From positions 1,235 to 65,234 of the forward strand of contig JAFTVU010000069.1 of NCBI GenBank assembly GCA_017465665.1: DNA of 64,000 nt, written 5' to 3'. Origin of the DNA: Oscillospiraceae bacterium (lineage in GTDB: Bacteria; Bacillota; Clostridia; Oscillospirales; Ruminococcaceae). Below, piece by piece: positions 40,862 through 51,229 of the stretch. Below the pieces are notes generated by a model. That model had not been told where the DNA came from. It ran no database searches and saw only the letters and a list, made by a program, of their open reading frames with translations. Both the position numbers and the translations under genes were made by a program. The first letter of the stretch is position 1; each line of letters begins with the position of its first letter.

Positions 40862-41190
40862 CAAAGCAGATAAGAGAATATCTCTCATACATCCGTGCTT
40901 TTATGGCTGAAGAGCATACTAATGAGGAATACCGTGCCGAGCGTGCTTTGTTGCTCAAGCGTATAGAGTTTTATCAGCATGAGCGTCTGATACATCTGCT
41001 TGTGACCCTTGCATTTGCGATATTCTTCCTGCTTTCGCTGTTGATGTTCATGCTTGTGAAGCAGATACCTGTACTGGTGCTGTCAGCACTGCTGCTGATA
41101 CTGCTCGTTCCGTATATCAAGCATTATTATTTCCTTGAGAATTCCGTGCAGGAGCTGTATAGGATCTACTATAAGATCGAAAAAGAATGA
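40858..41190 (+). CDS. Hypothetical 2-TM protein
   Basis: QHERLIHL..TM..HYYFLEN; overlaps ABC-F stop (ATGA). Confidence 0.8.
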   Translation: MTKQIREYLSYIRAFMAEEHTNEEYRAERALLLKRIEFYQHERLIHLLVTLAFAIFFLLSLLMFMLVKQIPVLVLSALLLILLVPYIKHYYFLENSVQELYRIYYKIEKE

Positions 41191-41490
41191 TAGATCTGCC
41201 CTTGTCGCATGACAGGGGCATTTTGTATATTTAAAAATCGTATAAATCTCCACGAATATTGTACAAATCTTCATAACTACTGCACAAAAAAGCGTTCATA
41301 AAATTGTACAAATTAAATAAAAGAAATAGGGATAATTTGTAACTATTTTTTGTTCAAAACCCCTTTACAAATCGTATTTTTCTGTTATAATATCTAAAGT
41401 GCAGGAAATATTATTTTTCTATATTTTCTGCGGTAGATCATAATATTGAAAACGATTACAAAATTGTATGAAAAGAAAGAGGTGTATAGT

Positions 41491-43230
41491 ATGTTTCTGT
41501 TCAGATGGCTGTGGAAGAACATGAAAGGCTGCCGTGCTATCTACATAGTTGCATTGTTCATGACGGTGATATGCCAATCCATGTATATTCTGACGCCGTA
41601 CTTCACTCAGCAGATAACAGATACGTTCATTATCAACGAAAACGCTGCTGAAAATCTGAAGAACCATTCTGATCTTCTTGTATGGATGCTAATCGCTATG
41701 GTCGGATTTACGCTGATACGCGGCGCACTCCAGTACGGAAGCAATATGATGTATGAGCATTCTTCTCAGATGCTGATCTATAACGTGCGTAAGGTGCTGT
41801 TTGATAACATTGAGAAGCAGGATGCAACATTCTATAATCGTTATCGTACAGGCGATATCATGACAAGAGTTTCAGGCGATATCGATATGATCCGTCACTC
41901 TGTTGCATGGATCATCAAGACCATGCTGGAATGTGTGGTACTGTTCTCCGCATCTCTTATCTTTTTCTTTTCTATAGATTGGCTCATGGCGCTTTGTATG
42001 CTTGCTCTTACGCCTGTTATCATGTTTATTACATGGCTGTTCAAACGCAAGGTAGGACCCATGTGGGTCGATCTGCGTGAGCGACTCTCCACCATGAACA
42101 CAGCCGCTGAGGAGAATATCTCTGGCAACAGAGTCATCAAGGCTTTTGCCCGTGAGGATCACGAGATAGAGCGCTTCGATGAATACAGCAAGGCATATAA
42201 CATGGCGAACAAGAAAGCTGCATTCATGTGGCTGAAGTTCTTCCCTTATCTTGAAATAACAGCACAGTCGCTCTCGGTCGTTATGCTCGTGTGCGGCGGT
42301 CTGTTCGTTATCAGCGGACGTATCACATTCGGTGAGTACACAGCGTTCTCAGGTCTAATCTGGACACTCTCCAACCCCATGAGAACTCTCGGAAACATCG
42401 TAAATGACCTCCAGCGCTTTACCGCTTCCGCAAACAAGATAATCGAGATATACTATGGTTCTCCCAGAATAGTAGACCGCTCCGATGCTATCGATAAGCC
42501 TGATCGCTTTGAGGGCAGAGTTGAGTTCGATAACGTAAGCTTTTCTTACGGAGATACAAAGGTACTGGACGGTGTTTCGTTTACTGTCGAGCCGGGAGAG
42601 ACCGTCGTTATCATGGGCGAAACAGGCTCGGGTAAGACAACTCTGGTCGATCTGATTCCACGCATCTATGATGTAGACGGCGGTGCTGTCAAGGTCGACG
42701 GTATCAATGTAACTTCTCTTAAGCTCAAGCAGTTGCGCGGAAACATCGGTGTTGCTACACAGGATGTACTGCTCTATTCCGATACCATTGACGGAAACAT
42801 CAGCTTCGGCGATTCAGATATGCCTGAGGAGGATGTATACAAGGTAGCAAAGGCAGCCGACGCGGACGGATTTATCCGCAGACTCAGCGATGGTTATGAT
42901 ACTATCGTCGGAGAGCGTGGCGTAGGTCTCTCAGGCGGACAGAAGCAGCGTATCTCTCTTGCTAGAGCGCTTGCGGTCAAGCCTGCTATACTTATCCTTG
43001 ACGATACTACCTCCGCAGTTGACCTTGAAACAGAAAAGCACATTCAGGAAGCACTTGCTTCGCTGGATTTCAGCTGCACCAAGATAATCATTGCCCAGCG
43101 TATCTCCACCGCCCGCAATGCAGATAAGATAATCGTGCTTAAGGATGGTAAGATACTGGAGCAGGGAACTCACGAGGAGCTTATCCAGAGAGATGGCTAC
43201 TACCGTGAGGTATACGAATTGCAGAAGTAA
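41491..43230 (+). CDS. ABC exporter ATP-binding/permease subunit A
   Basis: 6 TM + GETGSGKT, LSGGQKQR, degenerate LDD; RBS GAGGTG before 41491. Confidence 0.93.
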   Translation: MFLFRWLWKNMKGCRAIYIVALFMTVICQSMYILTPYFTQQITDTFIINENAAENLKNHSDLLVWMLIAMVGFTLIRGALQYGSNMMYEHSSQMLIYNVRKVLFDNIEKQDATFYNRYRTGDIMTRVSGDIDMIRHSVAWIIKTMLECVVLFSASLIFFFSIDWLMALCMLALTPVIMFITWLFKRKVGPMWVDLRERLSTMNTAAEENISGNRVIKAFAREDHEIERFDEYSKAYNMANKKAAFMWLKFFPYLEITAQSLSVVMLVCGGLFVISGRITFGEYTAFSGLIWTLSNPMRTLGNIVNDLQRFTASANKIIEIYYGSPRIVDRSDAIDKPDRFEGRVEFDNVSFSYGDTKVLDGVSFTVEPGETVVIMGETGSGKTTLVDLIPRIYDVDGGAVKVDGINVTSLKLKQLRGNIGVATQDVLLYSDTIDGNISFGDSDMPEEDVYKVAKAADADGFIRRLSDGYDTIVGERGVGLSGGQKQRISLARALAVKPAILILDDTTSAVDLETEKHIQEALASLDFSCTKIIIAQRISTARNADKIIVLKDGKILEQGTHEELIQRDGYYREVYELQK

Positions 43231-43242
43231 GGAGGGATACAG

Positions 43243-45009
43243 ATGGCTAGAAATAAATTTGACGTTGATGAGCAGCTTGAGACCCCATTTGACATACGTC
43301 ACTTAAAGCGCTCTCTCAAATACGCTGCACGCTATAAGAAGCGTATTGCGCTCTCGCTTACGCTCAGTGCTATCGGTGTTATTATCGGTCTGATGTCCCC
43401 GCTTATCGTTAAGAACGCTATCGATAATTATATGCCCGCAGGAAATATCCCCATGCTTCTTGCAAGCGGCGCAGCTCTGCTTGCCTGTATCGTAGTCAGT
43501 GTTATCTTCGCAAAGATACGCTCCACTATGATGACAAAGGTTGGACAGGATATCGTTTACGATATCCGTAAGGACCTTTTTGAGCATATGCAGAAGCTCT
43601 CTTTTGATTATTATGACAGCCGACCCCACGGTAAGATACTTACCCGTATCATCAATTATATCAACTCTATCTCCGATCTGATGACCAACGGTCTGATAAA
43701 TTTTATTCTGGAGATATTCAACCTCATCTTCATTACGATATTCATGTTCTTTGTAAGCTGGCAGCTTGCACTTGTAACAATGGCAGGACTTCCGATATTC
43801 GCCCTCGTAATGTTCATTATCAAGAACCATCAGCGCAAGGCGTGGCAGTCTGTTTCAAATAAGAGCTCCAACATGAACGCTTATCTGCACGAGAGCATCG
43901 TGGGTGTTAAGATCTCTCAGATATTCACACGCGAGGAAGAGAATGCCGAAATAAACGACAAGCTTGCCAAGGCATATAAGAAATCCTGGATGAAAGCTGT
44001 TGCGTTCTCAAACCTTGTATGGCCTACCACTGATATCATCTCGATAACTGTAAGAGCAGGTATCTTTGCGGTTGGACTGCTCGGCTTCGGCGGTACTATC
44101 TCGCTAGGTACTATCATGTCCATGACAGATTACTCCGCTCGTTTCTGGCAGCCTCTGATGAACCTTTCCAACCTTATGAACACATTCATCAACGCGGTGG
44201 CTTATCTTGAGCGTATCTTTGAGATGATGGATGAGCCAGTAACAGTAGACAATATCGACAAGGCTTCCGAAATGCCTGAGATCAAGGGTGATGTTCATTT
44301 CAAGAATGTTACTTTTGCGTATGAGGAGGGCATCAATATCCTTGAAGACCTCAGCTTTGATGTAAAGGCAGGCGAGAGCATCGCGCTTGTCGGTCCTACA
44401 GGAGCAGGCAAGACAACTATCGTTAATCTCATTTCCCGTTTCTATAACATAAACGGCGGAACTGTTCTTATTGATGACAGCGATATTTCAAAGGTTACTC
44501 TGAAATCGCTTCGTTCACAGATGGGAATCATGCTTCAGGATAGCTTCATCTTCAGCGGTACTATCCGTGATAATATTGCTTACGGCAAGCTGGATGCAAC
44601 CGATGAAGAGATCAGAAATGCCTGCAGGATAGTTGGTATTGATGATTATATCATGTCGCTCAAGGATGGCTATGCTACCGCCGTAAATGAGCGCGGAAGC
44701 GGACTTTCTCAGGGTCAGAAGCAGCTTATTGCATTTGCAAGAACGATAGTATCCGATCCTAAGATACTTGTTCTGGATGAGGCTACATCCTCCATTGACG
44801 CAAAGACCGAGCGCTACCTGCAGAATGGTCTGAATCATCTGTTAAAGGGAAGAACATCCTTTATCATAGCTCACCGTCTTTCCACTGTCAGAAACTGCGA
44901 CAGGATAATGTATGTATCCAATAAGGGCATTACTGAAGCAGGAACACATGATGAGCTTATGGAAAGAAAGGGCGATTATTACAAGCTCTACACCGCACAG
45001 AGCGTATAA
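43243..45009 (+). CDS. ABC exporter ATP-binding/permease subunit B
   Basis: 6 TM + GPTGAGKT, LSQGQKQ, LDEATS. Confidence 0.93.
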   Translation: MARNKFDVDEQLETPFDIRHLKRSLKYAARYKKRIALSLTLSAIGVIIGLMSPLIVKNAIDNYMPAGNIPMLLASGAALLACIVVSVIFAKIRSTMMTKVGQDIVYDIRKDLFEHMQKLSFDYYDSRPHGKILTRIINYINSISDLMTNGLINFILEIFNLIFITIFMFFVSWQLALVTMAGLPIFALVMFIIKNHQRKAWQSVSNKSSNMNAYLHESIVGVKISQIFTREEENAEINDKLAKAYKKSWMKAVAFSNLVWPTTDIISITVRAGIFAVGLLGFGGTISLGTIMSMTDYSARFWQPLMNLSNLMNTFINAVAYLERIFEMMDEPVTVDNIDKASEMPEIKGDVHFKNVTFAYEEGINILEDLSFDVKAGESIALVGPTGAGKTTIVNLISRFYNINGGTVLIDDSDISKVTLKSLRSQMGIMLQDSFIFSGTIRDNIAYGKLDATDEEIRNACRIVGIDDYIMSLKDGYATAVNERGSGLSQGQKQLIAFARTIVSDPKILVLDEATSSIDAKTERYLQNGLNHLLKGRTSFIIAHRLSTVRNCDRIMYVSNKGITEAGTHDELMERKGDYYKLYTAQSV

Positions 45010-45012
45010 ACC

Positions 45013-45142
45013 TTGACAGATGATATGATCTGTGCTAAAATAACAACGTGAATATTATACTGCCACCGGGTAGTGAAATGCTGAGCATTCGTGTACACAT
45101 CGTTAGGTCTTAGAAGATGTGTATTCGGATGCTCATTTTTTT
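45013..45142 (+). promoter_or_regulatory. pnuC promoter and structured leader ending in an intrinsic terminator (attenuator candidate)
   Basis: TTGACA-17bp-TAAAAT; long stem TGAGCATTCG..TACACATC/GATGTGTA..CGGATGCTCA + T7 directly before RBS. Confidence 0.65.
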
Positions 45143-45152
45143 GGAGGAGCTT

Positions 45153-45842
45153 ATGAAGTTGTTTAAGGCATTTTCTGAATTGAGCAGGGGAGAGCTTTTG
45201 CTTTGGATCGGCTCTCTTGCCGCTGTTACTGCAGCATTTTTATTCTCAGGCGGTGGAGATATCCTGACTCTGATAGCGTCGCTTCTGGGTGCAACTGCGC
45301 TGATCTTCGTATCTAAAGGTATGGTGCTTGGACAGGTGCTTACAGTCGTTTTTGCAGTGTTTTATGGGATCATCTCGTTCTATTTCCGTTACTACGGGGA
45401 GATGATAACTTATCTCGGAATGACTGCCCCTATTGCTGTTATGTCTGTTGTATCATGGTTAAAGCACCCGTATAAGAAGACAGCGGTGGTTGAAGTAAAT
45501 CGTGTCAGCAGAAAGCAAATAGGTCTTATGCTGGTATTTGCGGTGATTGTAACTGTAGCATTTTACTTTATATTAAAGGTGATGGGAAACGCTAACCTTA
45601 TATTCAGCACTATTTCTGTTACGACCAGCTTTATTGCTTCGTATCTGACATTCCTGCGAAGTGAATTTTATGGGCTCGGCTATGCCGCTAATGATATCGT
45701 GCTGATTATCCTATGGATAATGGCTACAGTGGAGGATATCTCATATCTTCCTATGGTAGTGTGCTTTGTCGTTTTCTTTGTCAATGATATATACGGTTTT
45801 ATCAATTGGAAACGCCTGAAAAAGTCACAGCAAACCAAGTAA
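45153..45842 (+). CDS. pnuC: PnuC-family vitamin/nucleoside transporter
   Basis: Multi-TM, KG...GQ, YYGE, ND..LI.LW, NDIYGFINW; RBS GGAGG. Confidence 0.8.
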   Translation: MKLFKAFSELSRGELLLWIGSLAAVTAAFLFSGGGDILTLIASLLGATALIFVSKGMVLGQVLTVVFAVFYGIISFYFRYYGEMITYLGMTAPIAVMSVVSWLKHPYKKTAVVEVNRVSRKQIGLMLVFAVIVTVAFYFILKVMGNANLIFSTISVTTSFIASYLTFLRSEFYGLGYAANDIVLIILWIMATVEDISYLPMVVCFVVFFVNDIYGFINWKRLKKSQQTK

Positions 45843-45977
45843 AGTTTCATTTAAAAAAGCTTAAGTTTATCTGATATTTGTAAAAACCCCTTGATTTTTT
45901 GTGCAAAATGTGCGACAATATAATATATAGTGTCATGTTAATTGTAAAATTATGTCAAAATGTGAAAGGATAAACAA

Positions 45978-48440
45978 ATGGCGCAGTTTTTTAATTTCAA
46001 GGGTGACTATTTCGGTCTGACCGAATCTGATATAGAAAAGAATACCGAGCTATACGGCTATAACATATATACGAAGAGTGATAAAAAGCAGGAGGGCTTT
46101 TCACTGCTGAGCGTGCTGATCTCCCCCTCGTTCCTGCTAATGTTCATAGCGGGTATACTCAGCTTTTTCGGAACTAATATCTATGCAGGAATAATTATTC
46201 TGCTTATTGATGTGTTCTATGCGGTGGCGGAAATGTACTTCGGTACAAGGGCGGATGAAAAGCTGCTGGAAATGCACGCTTCCACAGCTATGAAGTTCCG
46301 TGTTATCCGTAACGGTAAGCTGGAGCTTATCGAAAAGGAATACATAGTGCCTGAGGATATCATCGTTGTTCAGGCAGGCGAGCGTGTGCCTGCTGACGCT
46401 TATATACAGGAATCCCGCGATCTTACGGCTGATGAAAGTATATTCACAGGCTCAAACAAGCCCGTTTCCAAGTATGCGGGAGCAATGTCAAAAACTGAAC
46501 TCAGTCAGTCCTTTGTTTACAGCGGTACTACGATCCTTACAGGTATGGCAATATGCAAGGTCAGCGCTGCAGGCGTTGATACAAAGTACTTCCAGAAGAT
46601 AGGTGAGAAGAAAGATACACATTGCTACTATACACAGATGGAACGCACGGTACATGGAATAATTCCGATGGCTTCTGCTGTTGCCGCTGTGATTGCTCTT
46701 ATTTCGCTTATTTTCCTTGTTGTAACAAAAAATCCTGTGATAGATTCCGCTCTTCGTGCTATCACTATCGGTCTTTGCTTTTTGCCTGTCGGTATCTCCT
46801 CCGTTATCAGGTATTACTATCTCAAGGGTGCGGATGAGCTTCTTGCAAATTCTGCGGTAGTGAAATCCCTCAGCGATATTGAAAAGCTGAATTCAGTGTC
46901 TGTACTCTGTATTGAAAAGGAGGGCGCGATATCCAAGACCCATCTTGAGGTCAGGAGCATATTCACACGCAGTGAGGAGCTTCTGTATAAGGTGGGAGTA
47001 CTGGCATGCGAGCAGAACACCACAGATGAAGCTGAACGAGCCCTGCTTGTGAAAGCAGCATTCTTTGATGAGAACATTAAGGATCTTTATAAGGATAACA
47101 AGTTCATTGAACGCATACCCGACAGCAACAGCGTAATGAGCGGTGCTCTCTGGGAGGTTGGAGATTCCCGTCTGTATTGTATCAAGGGTACGCCAGAGCA
47201 GATATTGCCGCTTTGTAAGTTCAAGGGAGATCAACTGTTCAATGTACAGAAAAAACAGCGCGAGTATTATTCCGCAGGCTGCAGCGTTATGGCTATCGCT
47301 TGTGCGGATGCCGCAGAGCGTGATTGTGACGCCACTGCAGGTTTTGCTTATACCTTTGTCGGTTTCGTTGCGTTTTCTGCGCCCCTGCGTGATTCCGTTT
47401 CAAATGCTCTCAAGACCTGTGAGCGTTCAGGCGTTAAGGTAGTTATGCTTTCTGAAGAAAATCCTCATGTGGCGGAAGCTACCGCCCGTATGGTAGGACT
47501 AACAGGCAAGACTATCACAGGAAAACAAATATCCGAATCCGTGAAATACGGAAGTGAGCTTATGTATGACGCTGATATCTATGCAAAGGTAACTCCTGAA
47601 CAGAAGCTTTACATTCTCGACCGTATGAAGAAGCAGGGCGAGGTGGTTGCGATGACAGGTACACGCACCACGGACGCGGAAGCTCTTGAGCTTGCTGATG
47701 TGGGAATTACGATTTCCCAGCATACCGCAGGCAGTACCTATGAGGCTTCCGATATTATAATGAACAACGACGATCTTTCGTCCATTGCAGGTATGATCTG
47801 CACCGCCAGACAGATACACAGGAACATCAAGCGCGGTGTAGCGGCATTGCTTTCGGGATATTTCGGTATGCTGATACTCACAATACTCAATCTGTTCGGT
47901 GAAGAGGGTATGCAGCTCATGCTCAATCCCCAGCTGTTCGCACTGCTTGCCATGATCCTTATTCCGTTTTCTGCTATCGCTTATGTTGGCAACAGGAACG
48001 ATATGCGCGGAGAAATGCCTCCGTCTGATTATATAGCAGCCCGCAAGATCAATTTCTTCTTCCTGGGAAATTCCCTCGCTATAGGTCTTATGTGCGGAGT
48101 AGTTTCTGCTGCTTCCTATATGTTCATGTATAATTCTTCTGATACCGCATTTGCAAGAAGCTGTGCGCTTATTTCCTTTGCGTGCTGTTATTCGCTCTTC
48201 GCTCTTATGGGCAATTCCTTTGAGCACCCTGTCCGTGCAGTGATACGCGCAGGCCGAGCATCCTACATCAGCAGTGCAGTGATGGTTGCAGTGCCTGTTG
48301 CACTTGTGTTCATTCCTCTTGTCAATGAGATGTTCGCGCTGACAGCTATTGACGGACTTGCATTTTTCATTTCTGTAATAACAGGTATCATACCTGTTAT
48401 CGGATATTCTATCGTAAGAGCTTTTATCAAATTCAACTGA
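45978..48440 (+). CDS. P-type ATPase homolog with degenerate catalytic motifs
   Basis: P2 architecture but EKEGAIS for DKTGTLT, TGSN for TGES, MLSEE for MITGD, TGTRTTD for TGDGVND. Confidence 0.85.
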   Translation: MAQFFNFKGDYFGLTESDIEKNTELYGYNIYTKSDKKQEGFSLLSVLISPSFLLMFIAGILSFFGTNIYAGIIILLIDVFYAVAEMYFGTRADEKLLEMHASTAMKFRVIRNGKLELIEKEYIVPEDIIVVQAGERVPADAYIQESRDLTADESIFTGSNKPVSKYAGAMSKTELSQSFVYSGTTILTGMAICKVSAAGVDTKYFQKIGEKKDTHCYYTQMERTVHGIIPMASAVAAVIALISLIFLVVTKNPVIDSALRAITIGLCFLPVGISSVIRYYYLKGADELLANSAVVKSLSDIEKLNSVSVLCIEKEGAISKTHLEVRSIFTRSEELLYKVGVLACEQNTTDEAERALLVKAAFFDENIKDLYKDNKFIERIPDSNSVMSGALWEVGDSRLYCIKGTPEQILPLCKFKGDQLFNVQKKQREYYSAGCSVMAIACADAAERDCDATAGFAYTFVGFVAFSAPLRDSVSNALKTCERSGVKVVMLSEENPHVAEATARMVGLTGKTITGKQISESVKYGSELMYDADIYAKVTPEQKLYILDRMKKQGEVVAMTGTRTTDAEALELADVGITISQHTAGSTYEASDIIMNNDDLSSIAGMICTARQIHRNIKRGVAALLSGYFGMLILTILNLFGEEGMQLMLNPQLFALLAMILIPFSAIAYVGNRNDMRGEMPPSDYIAARKINFFFLGNSLAIGLMCGVVSAASYMFMYNSSDTAFARSCALISFACCYSLFALMGNSFEHPVRAVIRAGRASYISSAVMVAVPVALVFIPLVNEMFALTAIDGLAFFISVITGIIPVIGYSIVRAFIKFN

Positions 48441-48458
48441 TCGGGGAAATATAAATAA

Positions 48459-49610
48459 ATGACTAAACTGGGTACTTATATAAGATTTTTTATAAGCGGA
48501 CTTGCATTCGGAATAGCTAATGTTATCCCGGGTGTAAGCGGCGGCACTATGCTTGTCGTTTTCGGTATCTATGATAAGCTGACTGAGGCTATTTCAGGCA
48601 TCAGGTCGATCTTCAAAAACTTTGGATTTCTTCTGTGCTTTGCACTCGGAGCAGGCGGAGGTATTATCGGCTTTGCCTTTATTATTACGTGGCTGTTTGA
48701 AGGCTTTGGTGTGCAGACAAATATGTATTTCATCGGACTTATCCTCGGCAGCGTACCGCTCATCGTCCGCACGGCTACTGCGACCGAGAAGATAAAGCCG
48801 CTGTGTATTTTGCCTTTTCTTATCGGATTGGGGTTTGTTGTCGGTCTTGCTCTTGCAGAAAACAACACAACAGAGCCTTACCGCCTTGAAAGTGTATATG
48901 ATGGTCAGACTACAATAGTTACTATCTATAATGACAGCAGCAGGGCAGTGGATTCGTGGGAGATAGAATTTGAGGATGAGAATATCGTTCTCGATGCACG
49001 CGGAAGCGGTATGCTTACTGTTACCGATTATCCGACTATGCTCAAGCTTAAAATGCTGTTCGGCATGAAAGTCCCTGCTCTCGCACCGAATATGCTGACG
49101 AGCCCCGAGGATTCCCTGTATTCTATCCAGCCTGAGGAATCCGCCAGCTTTACCTATGAGGGTGAACTTCCCGATGTATCGGAAATGAAGCTCAATCTTT
49201 CCTACAAGATGGACGTCCTGTTCTTCCTCACGATGATGGTCGCGCTCTTTATCTCAGCCGTTGCTATGATAATCCCAGGCGTATCGGGTAGCTTTGTAAT
49301 GATGCTGCTTGGCGTTTACACTACTGTTATCGTAGCGATCAAGGATATAGACCTGATGATTATAATTCCTTGTGCTATCGGTGCTGTGCTTGGTATCATG
49401 CTCGGCGCACGTCTTATTTCCACACTCATCAAGAAGCACGGGCTTATGATGTACAGTGCTATCATGGGACTTGTTATCGGCTCGGTCTATGCGATACTTC
49501 CTGCGGGCTTCGGCTTTAATCTTTCCACAGGATACGGCTTCGTGGCGCTGATATGCGGTATTCTTACCTCTGTGATAATCGACAAGGTCGGCAAGCCAAA
49601 AAGTGAATAA
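48459..49610 (+). CDS. DUF368 family protein (undecaprenyl-phosphate translocase family) with a soluble insert
   Basis: ANVIPGVSGGT and AMIIPGVSGS repeats; ~115-aa hydrophilic insertion. Confidence 0.88.
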   Translation: MTKLGTYIRFFISGLAFGIANVIPGVSGGTMLVVFGIYDKLTEAISGIRSIFKNFGFLLCFALGAGGGIIGFAFIITWLFEGFGVQTNMYFIGLILGSVPLIVRTATATEKIKPLCILPFLIGLGFVVGLALAENNTTEPYRLESVYDGQTTIVTIYNDSSRAVDSWEIEFEDENIVLDARGSGMLTVTDYPTMLKLKMLFGMKVPALAPNMLTSPEDSLYSIQPEESASFTYEGELPDVSEMKLNLSYKMDVLFFLTMMVALFISAVAMIIPGVSGSFVMMLLGVYTTVIVAIKDIDLMIIIPCAIGAVLGIMLGARLISTLIKKHGLMMYSAIMGLVIGSVYAILPAGFGFNLSTGYGFVALICGILTSVIIDKVGKPKSE

Positions 49611-49613
49611 ATA

Positions 49614-49640
49614 AAAGGCGGAGTTTATGCTCCGCCTTTT
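49614..49640. terminator. Bidirectional terminator
   Basis: AAAGGCGGAG..CTCCGCCTTTT. Confidence 0.8.
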
Positions 49641-49643
49641 CTG

Positions 49644-50414
49644 TCATATCCTGTTCTTTATTTTTTGAAGCGCACCTTTTTCAAGCCGCGATACCTGTGC
49701 CTGACTTATGCCGATCTCCTTTGCCACTTCTACCTGTGTTTTTCCTCTGAAGAATCTCAGACCCAGTATGCGTTTTTCCCTCTGACCCAGCTGGTGCATT
49801 GCCTCTTTGAGCGATATCTCGTCAAGCCAGTTGTCGTCATCATTATGATCGCCCAGCTGATCAAGTACATAGATAGTATCTCCCGATTCTGAGAATACAG
49901 GCTCATACAGGGAAATAGGCTCGCTGATTGCTTCAAGTGCGATAACCACATCCTGACGCGGCACACCGATCTCCTTTGCAACAGCTTCAATAGTCGGCTC
50001 GTTGCCGTGCTTTATAGTAAGCTGCTCCTTTGCCTGCATAGCGCGGTAAGCAAGATCCCGTATAGATCGGCTTACGCGCACAGGCGTATTGTCGCGCAGA
50101 TATCGCCTGAGCTCGCCCTGTATCATTGGCACTGCGTATGTTGAGAACTTTACAGGCTGTGTTATATCAAAATTATCTATTGCTTTGATAAGACCGATAC
50201 ATCCTACCTGAAACAGGTCGTCTGCATTTTCGCCGCGCCCCGAAAATCTTTGTATAACACTGAGCACAAGCCGCAGATTTCCGTTGATGAGCTCCTCGCG
50301 GGCTTCCATATCACCTTGCTTGACCTTATGCAGCAGCGCCATTTTTTCTGCTTCCTTCAGTACTTTAAGCTTTGACGTGTTTACTCCGCTGATTTCAACT
50401 TTATTGTAATACAA
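49644..50414 (-). CDS. sigG: Sporulation sigma factor G
   Basis: (M)YYNKVEISGVNTSKL..GNLRLVLSVIQRF..DDLFQVGCIGL; TTG start after GGGAG. Confidence 0.95.
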   Translation of the reverse strand: MYYNKVEISGVNTSKLKVLKEAEKMALLHKVKQGDMEAREELINGNLRLVLSVIQRFSGRGENADDLFQVGCIGLIKAIDNFDITQPVKFSTYAVPMIQGELRRYLRDNTPVRVSRSIRDLAYRAMQAKEQLTIKHGNEPTIEAVAKEIGVPRQDVVIALEAISEPISLYEPVFSESGDTIYVLDQLGDHNDDDNWLDEISLKEAMHQLGQREKRILGLRFFRGKTQVEVAKEIGISQAQVSRLEKGALQKIKNRI

Positions 50415-50488
50415 AATACCACTCCCGTACAATGAATACTTAGTGCAAAGGTATTATTGTCCGTGAGTGGTATACTTATTCTTTGGTT

Positions 50489-51220
50489 TTAGTTACAAAC
50501 TCGTTCAAGCTCCTCCCTCAGCTGCCTTATTATCCTTTTTTCAAGACGTGAAATATAGCTTTGCGATATGCCTATCTCATCAGCCACCTCTTTCTGTGTC
50601 TTTTCCTTTCTTCCTGCAAGTCCGAAGCGCATCTCCATAATAAGCCTTTCGCGCGGCGAAAGCTTACCTATAGCTTCGTACAGCAGCTTTTTTTCTACCT
50701 CGCCATCAAGGCGCGCGTTTACGCAGTCGCTGTCTGTTCCCAGAACATCCGAAAGCAGCAGCTCGTTTCCGTCCCAGTCGATGTTCAGGGGTTCATCGAT
50801 AGAAACCTCGTTCCTGTATTGATTTGTTTTTCTCAGATACATAAGTATCTCGTTTTCGATACATCTTGAAGCGTATGTTGCAAGCTTGATATTCTTGTGA
50901 ACGCTGAAAGTGTTTACCGCCTTGATAAGTCCGATAGTACCGATAGAAACAAGATCTTCAAGTCCTATGCCTGTACTCTCGAATTTCTTTGCGATATATA
51001 CGACCAGTCTCAGGTTATGCACTATCAGCTTATCACGGGCTGCTTCAAAATCCGTTTCCAGCAGCCTGAAAGCCTCTTCCTCCTCTTCGTGGGAGAGCGG
51101 AGGGGGTAGCGTATCTGAGCCGTTTATGTAGTGCGCGTATTCTGTGCCTGCCTTTGTAAAGTAGTGCAGGAACGCAAACAACCCCTCGTAAAGTATCTGC
51201 TTGAAGTATTTTTTCATCAT
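50489..51220 (-). CDS. sigE: Sporulation sigma factor E (pro-form)
   Basis: [45 protein letters not shown]. Confidence 0.96.
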   Translation of the reverse strand: MMKKYFKQILYEGLFAFLHYFTKAGTEYAHYINGSDTLPPPLSHEEEEEAFRLLETDFEAARDKLIVHNLRLVVYIAKKFESTGIGLEDLVSIGTIGLIKAVNTFSVHKNIKLATYASRCIENEILMYLRKTNQYRNEVSIDEPLNIDWDGNELLLSDVLGTDSDCVNARLDGEVEKKLLYEAIGKLSPRERLIMEMRFGLAGRKEKTQKEVADEIGISQSYISRLEKRIIRQLREELERVCN

Positions 51221-51229
51221 GTACCTCCG

